From a virus, in IMG/VR virus record IMGVR_UViG_3300036845_000456, positions 16,968 to 80,967 of that record: a stretch of 64,000 nucleotides of DNA; one strand, given 5' to 3'. The translations under genes were made by a program, and so were the position numbers. Each line of letters starts with the position of its first letter. The stretch's first letter is position 1. Shown here piece by piece: positions 30,843 through 39,519 of this stretch. The notes under the pieces are model-generated. The model searched no databases and was not told the origin of the DNA. It saw only the letters and a program-made list of their open reading frames with translations.

Positions 30843-31739
30843 CTAAGACATGAACCTGGAGACATCAGCCAAGATTTCCTCGGCTGACTTCTGCACGACG
30901 GCGCGAACGTCATCGTTGTTGCGGAGAACCGGCGCTTCCTCCGCGCAAAGTTCGTGCTTGATCCGCTCGGTGATCGCGGTCAGCGCCGGATCATCTTGCA
31001 GATTGAAGGCTGGCAACAAGTCGGCAAGCTCGCGTACGTTGGCGACCAGCGAGTCGGTGAAGAACTTGCGGCCTTCGCCTTCGCCGTTGGTCTTGTACTC
31101 GCCGAGCTTCTTGGCCATGTGCCCGACCACCTTGGTGATCTGGTCAACGGTGTCGCGCGTCGAGCGAACCTCCGCTTGCTCGGACGCCGCCGTGATCTCG
31201 GCGCGGATGTCGGCAACCGTGTCGGCATCCAGCACGTCGGACCGGAAGTCGTCCGCCTCGGGCAGCGGCATGAAGGTCAAGTCGAGCTTGAACTTCGTGC
31301 GGATTTCATCGGCGCTCGGGTAGTCTTCGGCCTTCCACAAGCCGTTGAGTCTCTGCTTGGCTTCCTCCACGAATATCGGATAGTCGCGGCAGAAGTCGTC
31401 GGCAGCCGTATGAAAGTCCCGTTTGATCTCGCGGAACTGGCCGGTGAACTTCGCGTACAGCACATTCGGCAGAATGCGCGGGCCTTCATCGGCCCACGGC
31501 TTGGTCATGCGATAGTGCAAGTCGCGCGCCCGGCTGACCAACTCGGTCAGGCGCTTCAGCCGCTCGGCGTTGAGCAGCAACTTGTTGTAACGCCCGGCGT
31601 CGGCGCTCGCATTGTGCGCCTGATTGACTTCGTCGGTCACCTTCTTATCGAGGCGACGCGCCGTCCACATCGAGATGTTGACGGCGACAAGCACCGCCTT
31701 CCGCGACAGCGGCGAGGCGATTTTGGTGTTGGCTAACAT
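30843..31739 (-). CDS. DUF3150-like protein associated with the AAA/VWA genes
   Basis: LV.VNISMWTARRLD..WADEGPRILP..DYPS motifs; next to the VWA gene. Confidence 0.65.
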   Translation of the reverse strand: MLANTKIASPLSRKAVLVAVNISMWTARRLDKKVTDEVNQAHNASADAGRYNKLLLNAERLKRLTELVSRARDLHYRMTKPWADEGPRILPNVLYAKFTGQFREIKRDFHTAADDFCRDYPIFVEEAKQRLNGLWKAEDYPSADEIRTKFKLDLTFMPLPEADDFRSDVLDADTVADIRAEITAASEQAEVRSTRDTVDQITKVVGHMAKKLGEYKTNGEGEGRKFFTDSLVANVRELADLLPAFNLQDDPALTAITERIKHELCAEEAPVLRNNDDVRAVVQKSAEEILADVSRFMS

Positions 31740-31794
31740 GGTAGGCTCTCCGTTTTGTTTGGTAGGCTGAAGGTTGAAGGGGAAACGGGACGGA

Positions 31795-33366
31795 CTAGGC
31801 GTCCGTCCCGACGTCGATCACGTCGCCCCAAGGCAACGTGCTTTTCAGGTAGGTCACGATGCGAGGGTCGCCATACGCCGCCCAAAGGACGGGCGCCTGC
31901 GGTTCCGGGCCAGGGTCGCCAATCTCAAGATCGGTCAGCGCCACGATCAGCGAGCAGTCTGGATCGTTTTCATCAATCCACTGGAACGCTGGTCGCAAGT
32001 CCGTGCCGCCACGGCCGACCGCCTTGAACTCGACTTGGTCGCCGTCGAGATAGCGATCGACCGCATTGACCCGCGTGTCGTTGTAGACGACCACGGCTTC
32101 CGAGATGATGCCCGCGTCCATCGCCGCCTGAACCTCGTTGCCGACTTTGTTCAGGACGTCGTCAGACATGGACAGCGACGTATCAACAAGAAACGCGACT
32201 TTGTTGATGCCGTCGCGCTGCGTGCCGGGCAGCACGAACCCGGTGTGTGCGAACCGGCGATTCGGTCGGTTCCACGTTTCTGAGCGGCTGGCGCCCGCGT
32301 CGAAAAACTGGCGCATTTCTTCGCGCCAATCCTCGGTCGGCGTCTTGCGCCGCTCAAGTTCCGACTCCCAATGGCCGGGCAAGCAGCCGGCCTTCTTGGC
32401 GAGCGCAGCGGCTTGATGCGCGATGACGTCCCAATGCGCGTCGAGATCGGGGGCCTGTTCAGCGGGCGCGTCGAGCACGCCACCGCAATCCCAAGCCTGT
32501 TGCTCATAGCCGGGGCGCGGCGTAGCATTGCCCTCCCCGTCAGCGTCTGCGTCCTCGCCCACGTCCTCGCCGACGTCAGCGCCGTCGCCTTCGCCTTCGT
32601 TAGTGCCGCCGTCCTCGTCACCGTCGTTGCCCTCGTCGCCGTCTTCGTTTTCGTCAACGTCGCCGTCACCGCCAGCGCCATCGGCACCGTCGTCGGCATC
32701 GCCGTCGTCAACGTCGCCGCCGTCGGCATCGTCCGCGTCACTGTCTGCGTCACCGTCAGCGTTTGCGTCAGCGGCTTCGTCTTCGTCACCGGCATCGCCG
32801 TCGTCACCGTCAGCGTCATCGGCAACGTCGTCGTCAGCGTCTCCGTCTTCGTTGCTGCCAGCGTCATCGCCATCGTCTGCGTCCACGGCATCGTCTTCGT
32901 CACCGCCAGCGTCATCGGCAGCGTCTTCTTGTTGCTGCTGTTGCTGTTCCTCGATTTCCAAGACGCGGTAGATGTCTTCGGTCGCCATGCCGGCAAACTC
33001 GGGACGGTTCAGCACCCAATCGGGGAGCTTGAACCCTTCCGCGAGAATGTCAGGGTTGATCGAATAATCGCACGCCTTGTTCCAACGCAGCGGATCGCGC
33101 CCACGGCGCCGCGTCGAATGGTGGCGGGCATCGTGTTCGCTTTCGTGAACTTGGATGCCTTCCAGGAACTCTTGCGACAACTCGCAAACGAATTGCGGGT
33201 TGTAGTAGTGTTTGATCGAGTCGGTGGCCATGCGTGGAATTGACCAGCATGGCACCGGCTCGACGTTCGCGACCAGCACGCCATAAAACTTGCGTGCTTG
33301 AATGATGGCCGCGCGCGCCTTCATCACCTTGTCTTTGGCGACGCGCTCCATTTCGAGGCGGTTCAT
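31795..33366 (-). CDS. DUF2201-type metallopeptidase-VWA protein with an acidic linker
   Basis: MATD, HESEH (HExxH), WNKACDYSIN, VDTSLSM MIDAS-like motif and GRGGTD. Confidence 0.85.
   Translation of the reverse strand: MNRLEMERVAKDKVMKARAAIIQARKFYGVLVANVEPVPCWSIPRMATDSIKHYYNPQFVCELSQEFLEGIQVHESEHDARHHSTRRRGRDPLRWNKACDYSINPDILAEGFKLPDWVLNRPEFAGMATEDIYRVLEIEEQQQQQQEDAADDAGGDEDDAVDADDGDDAGSNEDGDADDDVADDADGDDGDAGDEDEAADANADGDADSDADDADGGDVDDGDADDGADGAGGDGDVDENEDGDEGNDGDEDGGTNEGEGDGADVGEDVGEDADADGEGNATPRPGYEQQAWDCGGVLDAPAEQAPDLDAHWDVIAHQAAALAKKAGCLPGHWESELERRKTPTEDWREEMRQFFDAGASRSETWNRPNRRFAHTGFVLPGTQRDGINKVAFLVDTSLSMSDDVLNKVGNEVQAAMDAGIISEAVVVYNDTRVNAVDRYLDGDQVEFKAVGRGGTDLRPAFQWIDENDPDCSLIVALTDLEIGDPGPEPQAPVLWAAYGDPRIVTYLKSTLPWGDVIDVGTDA
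32538..32927 (+). repeat. CGYC-NN hexamer array H1 (65 units, one phase), antisense within the VWA gene linker
   Basis: cgtcag cgtctg cgtcct cgccca cgtcct cgccga cgtcag cgccgt ... cgtctt. Confidence 0.85.
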
Positions 33367-33385
33367 TTCTGACTCCGGGTTTGTT

Positions 33386-34417
33386 TTACTGGACAGTCAC
33401 GTCCGAATTTTCGACCGCCCATTTGCTGTAGGCGGCGACGTTGGCCAGCTTGTCATCGCGCGACACCGCGTCGGTCACCGTGAGAACTTCGAATTCACGC
33501 GGCAGCCGCTTGGCGTAGGCGATCACGTTCGGGAATGTCTTCCGGTCAGCAAGTCTGGCGATTGCCGTGCACACGGCGTAACGCTCGCTCGGCTCGCTCG
33601 GCACTTTGGCCGTTGCCGGGCTGGCCAAGATATCGTCAATGTTTGTCAGCGACTGATACATCGCCACAAACGCTTCCATCTCGGACGCCACGGTCTTACC
33701 GACCATTGCGGTGAACGCGCGCAAGCGGCGCGCGGGTGGCTGTTTGATGTAGGGCCCGCAGCGATAGATCGTGCGCGGGTTGGCCGACGCGTTCTGATCG
33801 CCGTCGGCGTCGCGGTACAAGCAATCCGGCCGAAACCGGATGAACGCGACAAGCTCGGGCGCCAAGTTGGTCGCCTTGGCGTGGGCAATCCACGACGGCA
33901 CGTCCACAATCATCGTGTAGTGGGCGAAGCGGCGCCGCAGCGGGACCGGCATCTGAATGACGGCGCGCGAGTCCTTGCTGCGGTTGCCCGCCGCCAGGAT
34001 CACGCAATTGTCGGGCAGCGTGTAGTCGCCGACGCGGCGATCGAGCACGAGTTGCATCATGACGGACATCATTTGCATCGTGCCGGTGTTGATCTCGTCA
34101 ATGAACAACAGCGTCGGGCCGTCGCTGCCGTCAGACTTCGGCAGTTCCTTCGGCGCCAGCCACACCGTCGTGCCGCTGGCGAGATCGGGCACGGGCAAGC
34201 CGCGCACGTCCACGCTTTCGCGGATGTTGGTGTGGAAGGGGATCAACTTACTGGCCATCTTTTGCGCAATCTGATGCGCAAGTTCGGACTTGCCGATGCC
34301 GCTCGCGCCCCACAACATGACGGGCTGGCCTTCGAGCAGGTGCATGATGATTTGATCGACCGCGTCGAGCGCGGTGATCGCGTTCTCGACTTCGAGGTTA
34401 ATGTCGTTGGTAGGCAT
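33386..34417 (-). CDS. MoxR/CbbQ-like AAA+ ATPase
   Basis: GASGIGKS Walker A, LLFIDE Walker B, AAGNR, LRRRF. Confidence 0.9.
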   Translation of the reverse strand: MPTNDINLEVENAITALDAVDQIIMHLLEGQPVMLWGASGIGKSELAHQIAQKMASKLIPFHTNIRESVDVRGLPVPDLASGTTVWLAPKELPKSDGSDGPTLLFIDEINTGTMQMMSVMMQLVLDRRVGDYTLPDNCVILAAGNRSKDSRAVIQMPVPLRRRFAHYTMIVDVPSWIAHAKATNLAPELVAFIRFRPDCLYRDADGDQNASANPRTIYRCGPYIKQPPARRLRAFTAMVGKTVASEMEAFVAMYQSLTNIDDILASPATAKVPSEPSERYAVCTAIARLADRKTFPNVIAYAKRLPREFEVLTVTDAVSRDDKLANVAAYSKWAVENSDVTVQ

Positions 34418-34475
34418 GTTTCGTTTTCCTTCGGGGTTTGGCCCGGCGCTCCAACGCCGGGCACTGAGATCGATT

Positions 34476-34949
34476 TTATTTCTTGCGGCTGATCAGGTCC
34501 GACAGCGCGACCGCTGTAGGCGCATCTTTCGGGCGCCGCAGTTCCCAACCATCCGCGTTGTCATAGCCGGACAGTCGGCGAATGGCGGCGCCGCGAATAG
34601 CGTCGATGATCCGATACGCCAGCGAGGCTTCATAATCATCGGTTTCGCACGCCTGATAGTCGAAGCAGTCGCAGGCTTTCAGAACCGTGAGCGCTTGCTT
34701 GCCCTGCGGCATCATCAGGAAAGGCTCGAACCGGCGAAACTGATAGCTCGGGAGATCGTCGTCATCGCCGTAGCGATGGCGAACAGAGCGTTCGTTCTCG
34801 GTCAGCAAGATAGCGCCGATCTCGCTCGCATTGGTGCGATCGAAATAGACGCGCTCGTGTGCTCCCGGAACGTAGTAGCTGAGCTTGTGTTCGACAGCGA
34901 AAGTCAGCAGGCCATCGATATGATCGTGGCCGACGATAAAAGCAGACAT
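34476..34949 (-). CDS. Hypothetical protein, first gene of the leftward early operon
   Basis: MSAFIV..HID..N.RSV..RY..C.DYQACE..W conserved pattern. Confidence 0.65.
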   Translation of the reverse strand: MSAFIVGHDHIDGLLTFAVEHKLSYYVPGAHERVYFDRTNASEIGAILLTENERSVRHRYGDDDDLPSYQFRRFEPFLMMPQGKQALTVLKACDCFDYQACETDDYEASLAYRIIDAIRGAAIRRLSGYDNADGWELRRPKDAPTAVALSDLISRKK

Positions 34950-35401
34950 GGTGTTTCCTTTCTCGGGTTTGCATCTCGAAGCGGCGCGTGTGCCAAAAAC
35001 GGAGCACGCTTACAGTCATTCGCGACCGTCCCAAAAGCGATGACGTTCACCGCCGCTTGGAGATGCAGCGCGCTCGTAAGCGCGCTGTATTGATTATTTG
35101 CTCAAGTAAATGTTTTGGAGGTTCGTTGCGTTGGCGGCGATTTTGATCGTGTCACGTTGGACATGGTCGATCAGGCTATTGCGGTCGCGTTGGACATTCG
35201 CCAGCACGCACGCCAGACCCGGTGCACTCCGTTTCTTCTCGACGCCTCGGCGCCTTTACTAACCATCACCGGCCTACCGTGATCACCGCGATCCTCGCGC
35301 CTTGCGGCGCTACTGCGGGAACGGCCCTAGCCAGTTCTGGCGCCCGGACTTAAGCCTGCTAAGGTGTCCGGGGAACCCGACCCCCTCCCGGGGGCAACAC
35401 T

Positions 35402-35432
35402 GTATATATAGGAACGATATTCCTAGGGTCAA
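35402..35432 (-). promoter_or_regulatory. Sigma70-type leftward promoter with a palindrome in the spacer
   Basis: Minus strand reads CTTGACC-N16/18-TATATA. The spacer holds the inverted repeat TAGGAA-N5-TTCCTA (35409-35425). Confidence 0.7.
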
Positions 35433-35500
35433 GGGCCCTATAGGGTAATTCGTTACCACTGCGGGCTGGCGGTATATTCTGCCGAATAACGGGGGCAACC

Positions 35501-35517
35501 GTCAACATTTCGTTGAC
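35501..35517. promoter_or_regulatory. Operator-like palindrome GTCAAC-N5-GTTGAC overlapping a TTGACA
   Basis: Perfect palindrome here; variants at 40379, 40412 and 61790. Confidence 0.6.
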
Positions 35518-35561
35518 ACGGGTTGCGCCGTATTGCAACGGTTGCGGGCGAGATGATTCCC

Positions 35562-36158
35562 ATGACAGAAAATCACCGGACCTGTGGCACGTGTACCCAA
35601 TGCTGCAAGCTTCTCCCGATGCAGAAGGGTAGCGATGCGCGCCATCCTGAGATCATGGCCATGGTTGCCGTGCCCGGGATGATTCGAGATTTCGATAAGC
35701 CGGCCGGCAAGCGTTGCAAGCACCAGCGCCACGGCAAAGGCTGCGCGGTTTACGATTATCGCCCGATGGGCTGCCGCATCTGGTCCTGCCGCTGGTTGGT
35801 CGGCGACGACACCGCAGACCTACGGCGGCCCGATCGGTCGCACTACGTCATCGACATCATGCCGGATTTTATCGGCGTCGATGATAACCGGATGCAGGTG
35901 ATTCAAATCTGGATCGATCCCGATTATCCAGACGCGCATCGCGATCCGGCCTTGCGCGAGTATATCGAGCGGCGCGGCCGTGACGGCATCGTCGCATTGG
36001 TCCGCTTCAGCCCGCGCATCGGAATGTTGTTGGTGCCTCCGAACATGGCGAGCGATGGGCAATGGCATGAAGTTGTTCTGCCGGAAGCAACGGCGCCGCA
36101 ATGGGGGCTCTGGCCCGACGAGTTTCGCAAGGAATTGGCAAGCAATGATCAGGGATGA
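35562..36158 (+). CDS. CxxCxxCC (YkgJ-like) metal-binding protein
   Basis: CGTCTQCC..C.H..GC.VY..RP.GC..W.C.WL. Confidence 0.7.
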   Translation: MTENHRTCGTCTQCCKLLPMQKGSDARHPEIMAMVAVPGMIRDFDKPAGKRCKHQRHGKGCAVYDYRPMGCRIWSCRWLVGDDTADLRRPDRSHYVIDIMPDFIGVDDNRMQVIQIWIDPDYPDAHRDPALREYIERRGRDGIVALVRFSPRIGMLLVPPNMASDGQWHEVVLPEATAPQWGLWPDEFRKELASNDQG

Positions 36159-36444
36159 CGATCCGCTGTTGATCCAGCCCAAGAACACCATGCCGCGCAT
36201 CGATGCGATATGGGCGTTTCTGTCGGTTGATGAAAAGGATGGCAACGAAGGCGTGACGGCTGCGACGATGAGCGGTCAACTCGTGCCGCTGATCGCCGCC
36301 GACGAAAAGCGGTTGGCCTCGCTGCGGCCGATCGCGCAGAACATGGTCGAACGGTTTGGTATGAAAATCAGGCTGGTCAAGTTTCACGTCCGCGAAGTGA
36401 TCGAGGAATATAGCCCAACCTCAAACCCGAAGGAGTCAGCGTGA
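36145..36444 (+). CDS. Hypothetical protein
   Basis: IWAFLSVDE.DGNEGV..PLIAAD pattern. Confidence 0.6.
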   Translation: MIRDDDPLLIQPKNTMPRIDAIWAFLSVDEKDGNEGVTAATMSGQLVPLIAADEKRLASLRPIAQNMVERFGMKIRLVKFHVREVIEEYSPTSNPKESA

Positions 36445-36809
36445 CCGAGAAGCTTCTGCATGTAAGCCTGTTGGTAAAAGAAAATCATGTGTGGGATTTG
36501 CTCCGCACATTTGACGAGCACAAAGTCGGCAATGTTGAAGTGACGGCCGTGGTGCCGCCGCCACTGGCATTGCCGGCGCCAGAGCGGCAGCGTGCAAAGT
36601 CAGCGGGTCGAGTGCCGGCCGGGCAAAACAAGGAAGCCGTGCTCGCTGCCACCAAGCCCGGCGAAACGTTCAGCGCGCGCGACGTCAGCGCCAAGACCGG
36701 GATCACCACCAAGCAAGCGTCAAGCGCACTCTACAATCTGATGCTCAACGGCATGGTGCGCCGTGCCGGTTTCGGCAAATTTCGACTCACCGCAGCGGGG
36801 ACCAAATGA
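36441..36809 (+). CDS. Winged-HTH protein
   Basis: C-terminal FSARDVSAKTG..ASSALYNL..GMVRR..GKFRL. Confidence 0.55.
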   Translation: MTEKLLHVSLLVKENHVWDLLRTFDEHKVGNVEVTAVVPPPLALPAPERQRAKSAGRVPAGQNKEAVLAATKPGETFSARDVSAKTGITTKQASSALYNLMLNGMVRRAGFGKFRLTAAGTK

Positions 36810-37129
36810 CATTCAAAGCCTATAAAAGTTACCAGTTTGTTGACAAGGACCCGGTGATCGACGTGGTCCGCACGGCGGTGCAGGACTCCAAGCTGAGCTA
36901 TACCGACATCCACGATCTCAGCGACGTGTCGGTCAGCACCATGTATAATTGGTTTCACGGCCAGACTCGCCGGCCGACGCATGCGGCGGTGGCGGCGGTG
37001 CTCGGGGCGCTCGGCTATGAACTGACGCTGGCGCGGAAACGCGCGGCTAAGGTGATCCAACTCGATGCCGAACGGGCACAGCGGGCGCGAGCCAGGGCGG
37101 CCAAGCAGAAACGGCAAGCGGCATCGTAA
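36806..37129 (+). CDS. XRE-family HTH protein
   Basis: SYTDIHDLSDVSVSTMYNWFHGQTRRP..VLGALGYEL. Confidence 0.75.
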   Translation: MTFKAYKSYQFVDKDPVIDVVRTAVQDSKLSYTDIHDLSDVSVSTMYNWFHGQTRRPTHAAVAAVLGALGYELTLARKRAAKVIQLDAERAQRARARAAKQKRQAAS

Positions 37130-37145
37130 ACGAAATAGGACGGGC

Positions 37146-37568
37146 ATGGGGATGGATACCGGTTATCTGATTGATCCGAGCTTGCAGCGGGTCAGCTTGA
37201 TCGAGCTTGAAACGCCAGTGGTGGCCACCATCGAGCGGTTGATCGGCGACAGCTACGGCATCGATCATGCGACGATCAGCGATGTCGGCGACATGATCTG
37301 GGTCGCGGGCGGGAGCTTGCTGGCGCAGAAGCCGGTCTATGCGTTTCGGTTGCCGGTGCAGCGCGATCCGTTTGCGGGCAAAGCGATCATCATCGGCGGC
37401 GATGACCAGCACAAACCGATCATTCCGATCGACGTGGTGAAACAGGACATCGAATGGCTCGGGCTGATCGTGCCGACCGTCACCGTCATCAACGAAGAAA
37501 CTGAATTGTTCGGCCGGAAAGCAATCCGGCATCGCGCCGTCGTCACTTACGAAAGGCCCAAGAAATGA
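37146..37568 (+). CDS. Hypothetical protein (DUF3846-like)
   Basis: YLIDP..GDMIWV..PFAGKAIIIG. Confidence 0.5.
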   Translation: MGMDTGYLIDPSLQRVSLIELETPVVATIERLIGDSYGIDHATISDVGDMIWVAGGSLLAQKPVYAFRLPVQRDPFAGKAIIIGGDDQHKPIIPIDVVKQDIEWLGLIVPTVTVINEETELFGRKAIRHRAVVTYERPKK

Positions 37569-37795
37569 GCACTACTGAGATTGAGCGCCCGCACGTGCAG
37601 ACTATCGATGATGCCGATCTGGTCTTGCTCGGCATGCTGGTCGATGCCCACGGCTTGCCGGAAGTGCTATGGGGACTGGCGCGTGTTTGCTCGGATCGCG
37701 CGGAAGCCATCGCCAAGGACGACGCACACCGGGCCAATGAGTGGATGTCGCATTCGGTGCAATTAGATGATCTCGCTGCCGAGATCGGAGAATGA
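37565..37795 (+). CDS. Hypothetical protein
   Basis: ATGA-coupled helical ORF. Confidence 0.55.
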   Translation: MSTTEIERPHVQTIDDADLVLLGMLVDAHGLPEVLWGLARVCSDRAEAIAKDDAHRANEWMSHSVQLDDLAAEIGE

Positions 37796-37796
37796 A

Positions 37797-38219
37797 TTGC
37801 GCGACGTGTTGATCATCGCGCCGCTGGCGTTCGGCGTCGGATTCTTTATCGGGGATTCCTGGCAAGACTCTGCGCCGGTCGCGGTGTCCAGTGGCGGCCT
37901 CACGATCGTGCAGCGGTTGGCGCCAACGCCATCGTCAACGCCACCGCCATCGCCGACGCCCACGTCAACGTCTACGCCTTCGATCTCGGCCTCGCCCACG
38001 CCGTCGCCAGCGTCAACGTCTCTGTCTGCGGCCACGGCTACGTCATCGCCTCCGTCAACGTCCACGTCAACGCCTTCGCCTTCGCCATCGCCAGCGTCCT
38101 CGCCTTCGTCTGCGGCAGCGTCCTCGCCTTCGTCAACGCGCAATATCTGCTCGCCCGGGTGGCGCGAGAATTTCTATCGCCACGGAGTTCTGCACTGGCG
38201 GTGTCGCTATGGCCGATGA
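37797..38219 (+). CDS. Membrane-anchored protein whose linker is a CGYCNN array
   Basis: Transmembrane N-terminus, P/S/T linker, C-terminal IC..W..WRCR motif; start codon uncertain. Confidence 0.5.
   Translation: MRDVLIIAPLAFGVGFFIGDSWQDSAPVAVSSGGLTIVQRLAPTPSSTPPPSPTPTSTSTPSISASPTPSPASTSLSAATATSSPPSTSTSTPSPSPSPASSPSSAAASSPSSTRNICSPGWRENFYRHGVLHWRCRYGR
37921..38136 (+). repeat. CGYC-NN hexamer array H2 (36 units, one phase)
   Basis: cgccaa cgccat cgtcaa cgccac cgccat cgccga cgccca cgtcaa cgtcta cgcctt ... Confidence 0.9.
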
Positions 38220-38403
38220 TCAATGGACCGCGCAAGACAAGTTGGCCTGCATCGAGCGCGAATTGCGCTACCGGCTGCGCGTCTATCCGCGCCGGGTGGC
38301 CGAAGGCAAAATGACAGAACAGCAAATGCGGCGCGAGATTTCCATCATGGAAGCAATCGTCGCCGATCTGCGGGCCAATGCTGAGAGGGACCGGTTGATA
38401 TGA
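38209..38403 (+). CDS. Hypothetical protein
   Basis: KLACIERELRYRLRVYPRRVAEGKM pattern. Confidence 0.65.
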   Translation: MADDQWTAQDKLACIERELRYRLRVYPRRVAEGKMTEQQMRREISIMEAIVADLRANAERDRLI

Positions 38404-38535
38404 CGGATCAGGAAACGGAAACGGGATACGGGCTGACGGTCGGCTTTGATCCGCTGTTGCGCAGCTTGCGCCGCCATTTTCTCAAACCACGCTACGACAT
38501 TCCTGATAAGACAACCGCGCGCGCCATCAAAACTT

Positions 38536-38841
38536 CGCCGACGTCCTCGTCAGCGTCTACGCCGACGGCCTCGTCATCGTCATCGCCCACGTCAACGCTC
38601 TCGCCACCGCCCCTGCCTTCGCCAACGTCGTCGCCATCGTCACCGCCCTCGCCAGCGCCAACGTCTTCGCCCTCGGTGCGTCCGTGATCCAGCATCTACG
38701 GCATCGACTATGTCCTCGTTACCGTCATCGTCTCCGTCAATGCCCGCGCTAGAGCCGACGCCACCGCCTACGCCGACGCCAACGCCCTCGTCATCGCCGA
38801 CGCACCGTCAACGCCTTCGCCGACGTCTTCGCCAACGTTCT
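38536..38841 (+). repeat. CGYC-NN hexamer array H3 (~48 units), immediately upstream of RAMP gene B
   Basis: 23 in-phase units, then phase slips, continuing past the stop at 38687; ends ~21 nt before ATG 38863. Confidence 0.9.
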
Positions 38842-38862
38842 AACCACGGGAGTAACTAAGCC

Positions 38863-39519
38863 ATGCAGCGCGCCTACCAAATCGCATTCATCAAAGGCTA
38901 CATCGCGCATCCGTACTGGCCGCAGCGCGAGCGGCTGATCAACATCCAGAAGGAGTCCGGGACCAAGCGCGTGCGCTCGGAGGAAAAGCGCGTCAAGGTC
39001 TTGCGCGACTATCTGGCCACCAAAAACATGAGCATGGCCGATTACGAAGCGCTTGAGGAAGAAGCCGATCGCCAGTTCTATACGGCGGCCGATCTCGACA
39101 ATGCCGACGGCCACGACACGACCGAGATTGTGATCCCGGCGCATCAGATATACGGCATGGCGGCGCAAGCTTGCGGTCTGGCCTCAAGTTCGATCCGCAT
39201 TGCCCGCGCCGAAAATCTGCGCACGGTCCTGACCGTGTCCGACATATTCACCGGCAAGCACAAAGCAGACGGCGTATGGGAGCGTTTCGTCGTCGTCACC
39301 GCTGGCGCCGGCAACAAGCTGAGCAATCAAAGAGCGCTGCGCAGCAACGAGTATGTTGGTCCGTTTCAGGCGACATTTGAAGTGAAGTTCAGCGAGGAAG
39401 TCATCGATCCGAAAAAGGTTGACGATTTTCTCGGCTTCTGTGGCCGCGAGATCGGCGTTGGCGCCAGCCGCAAGCTCGGTTGGGGCCGCTTCGAGATCGG
39501 CAAGGCCAAAGCCAAATGA
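38863..39519 (+). CDS. Stand-alone Cas7/Csm3-like RAMP protein B
   Basis: IVIPAHQIYG resembles the RAMP IPGSSLKG motif; C-terminal Gly-rich loop IGVGASRKLGWGRFEI. Confidence 0.75.
   Translation: MQRAYQIAFIKGYIAHPYWPQRERLINIQKESGTKRVRSEEKRVKVLRDYLATKNMSMADYEALEEEADRQFYTAADLDNADGHDTTEIVIPAHQIYGMAAQACGLASSSIRIARAENLRTVLTVSDIFTGKHKADGVWERFVVVTAGAGNKLSNQRALRSNEYVGPFQATFEVKFSEEVIDPKKVDDFLGFCGREIGVGASRKLGWGRFEIGKAKAK

Noticed and set aside
32151-33243. Alternative long ORFs (T/M-rich, V-rich, S/P-rich) across the VWA linker
   Set aside because: Open frames caused by the stop-free hexamer array; the VWA frame carries the conserved domains on both sides.
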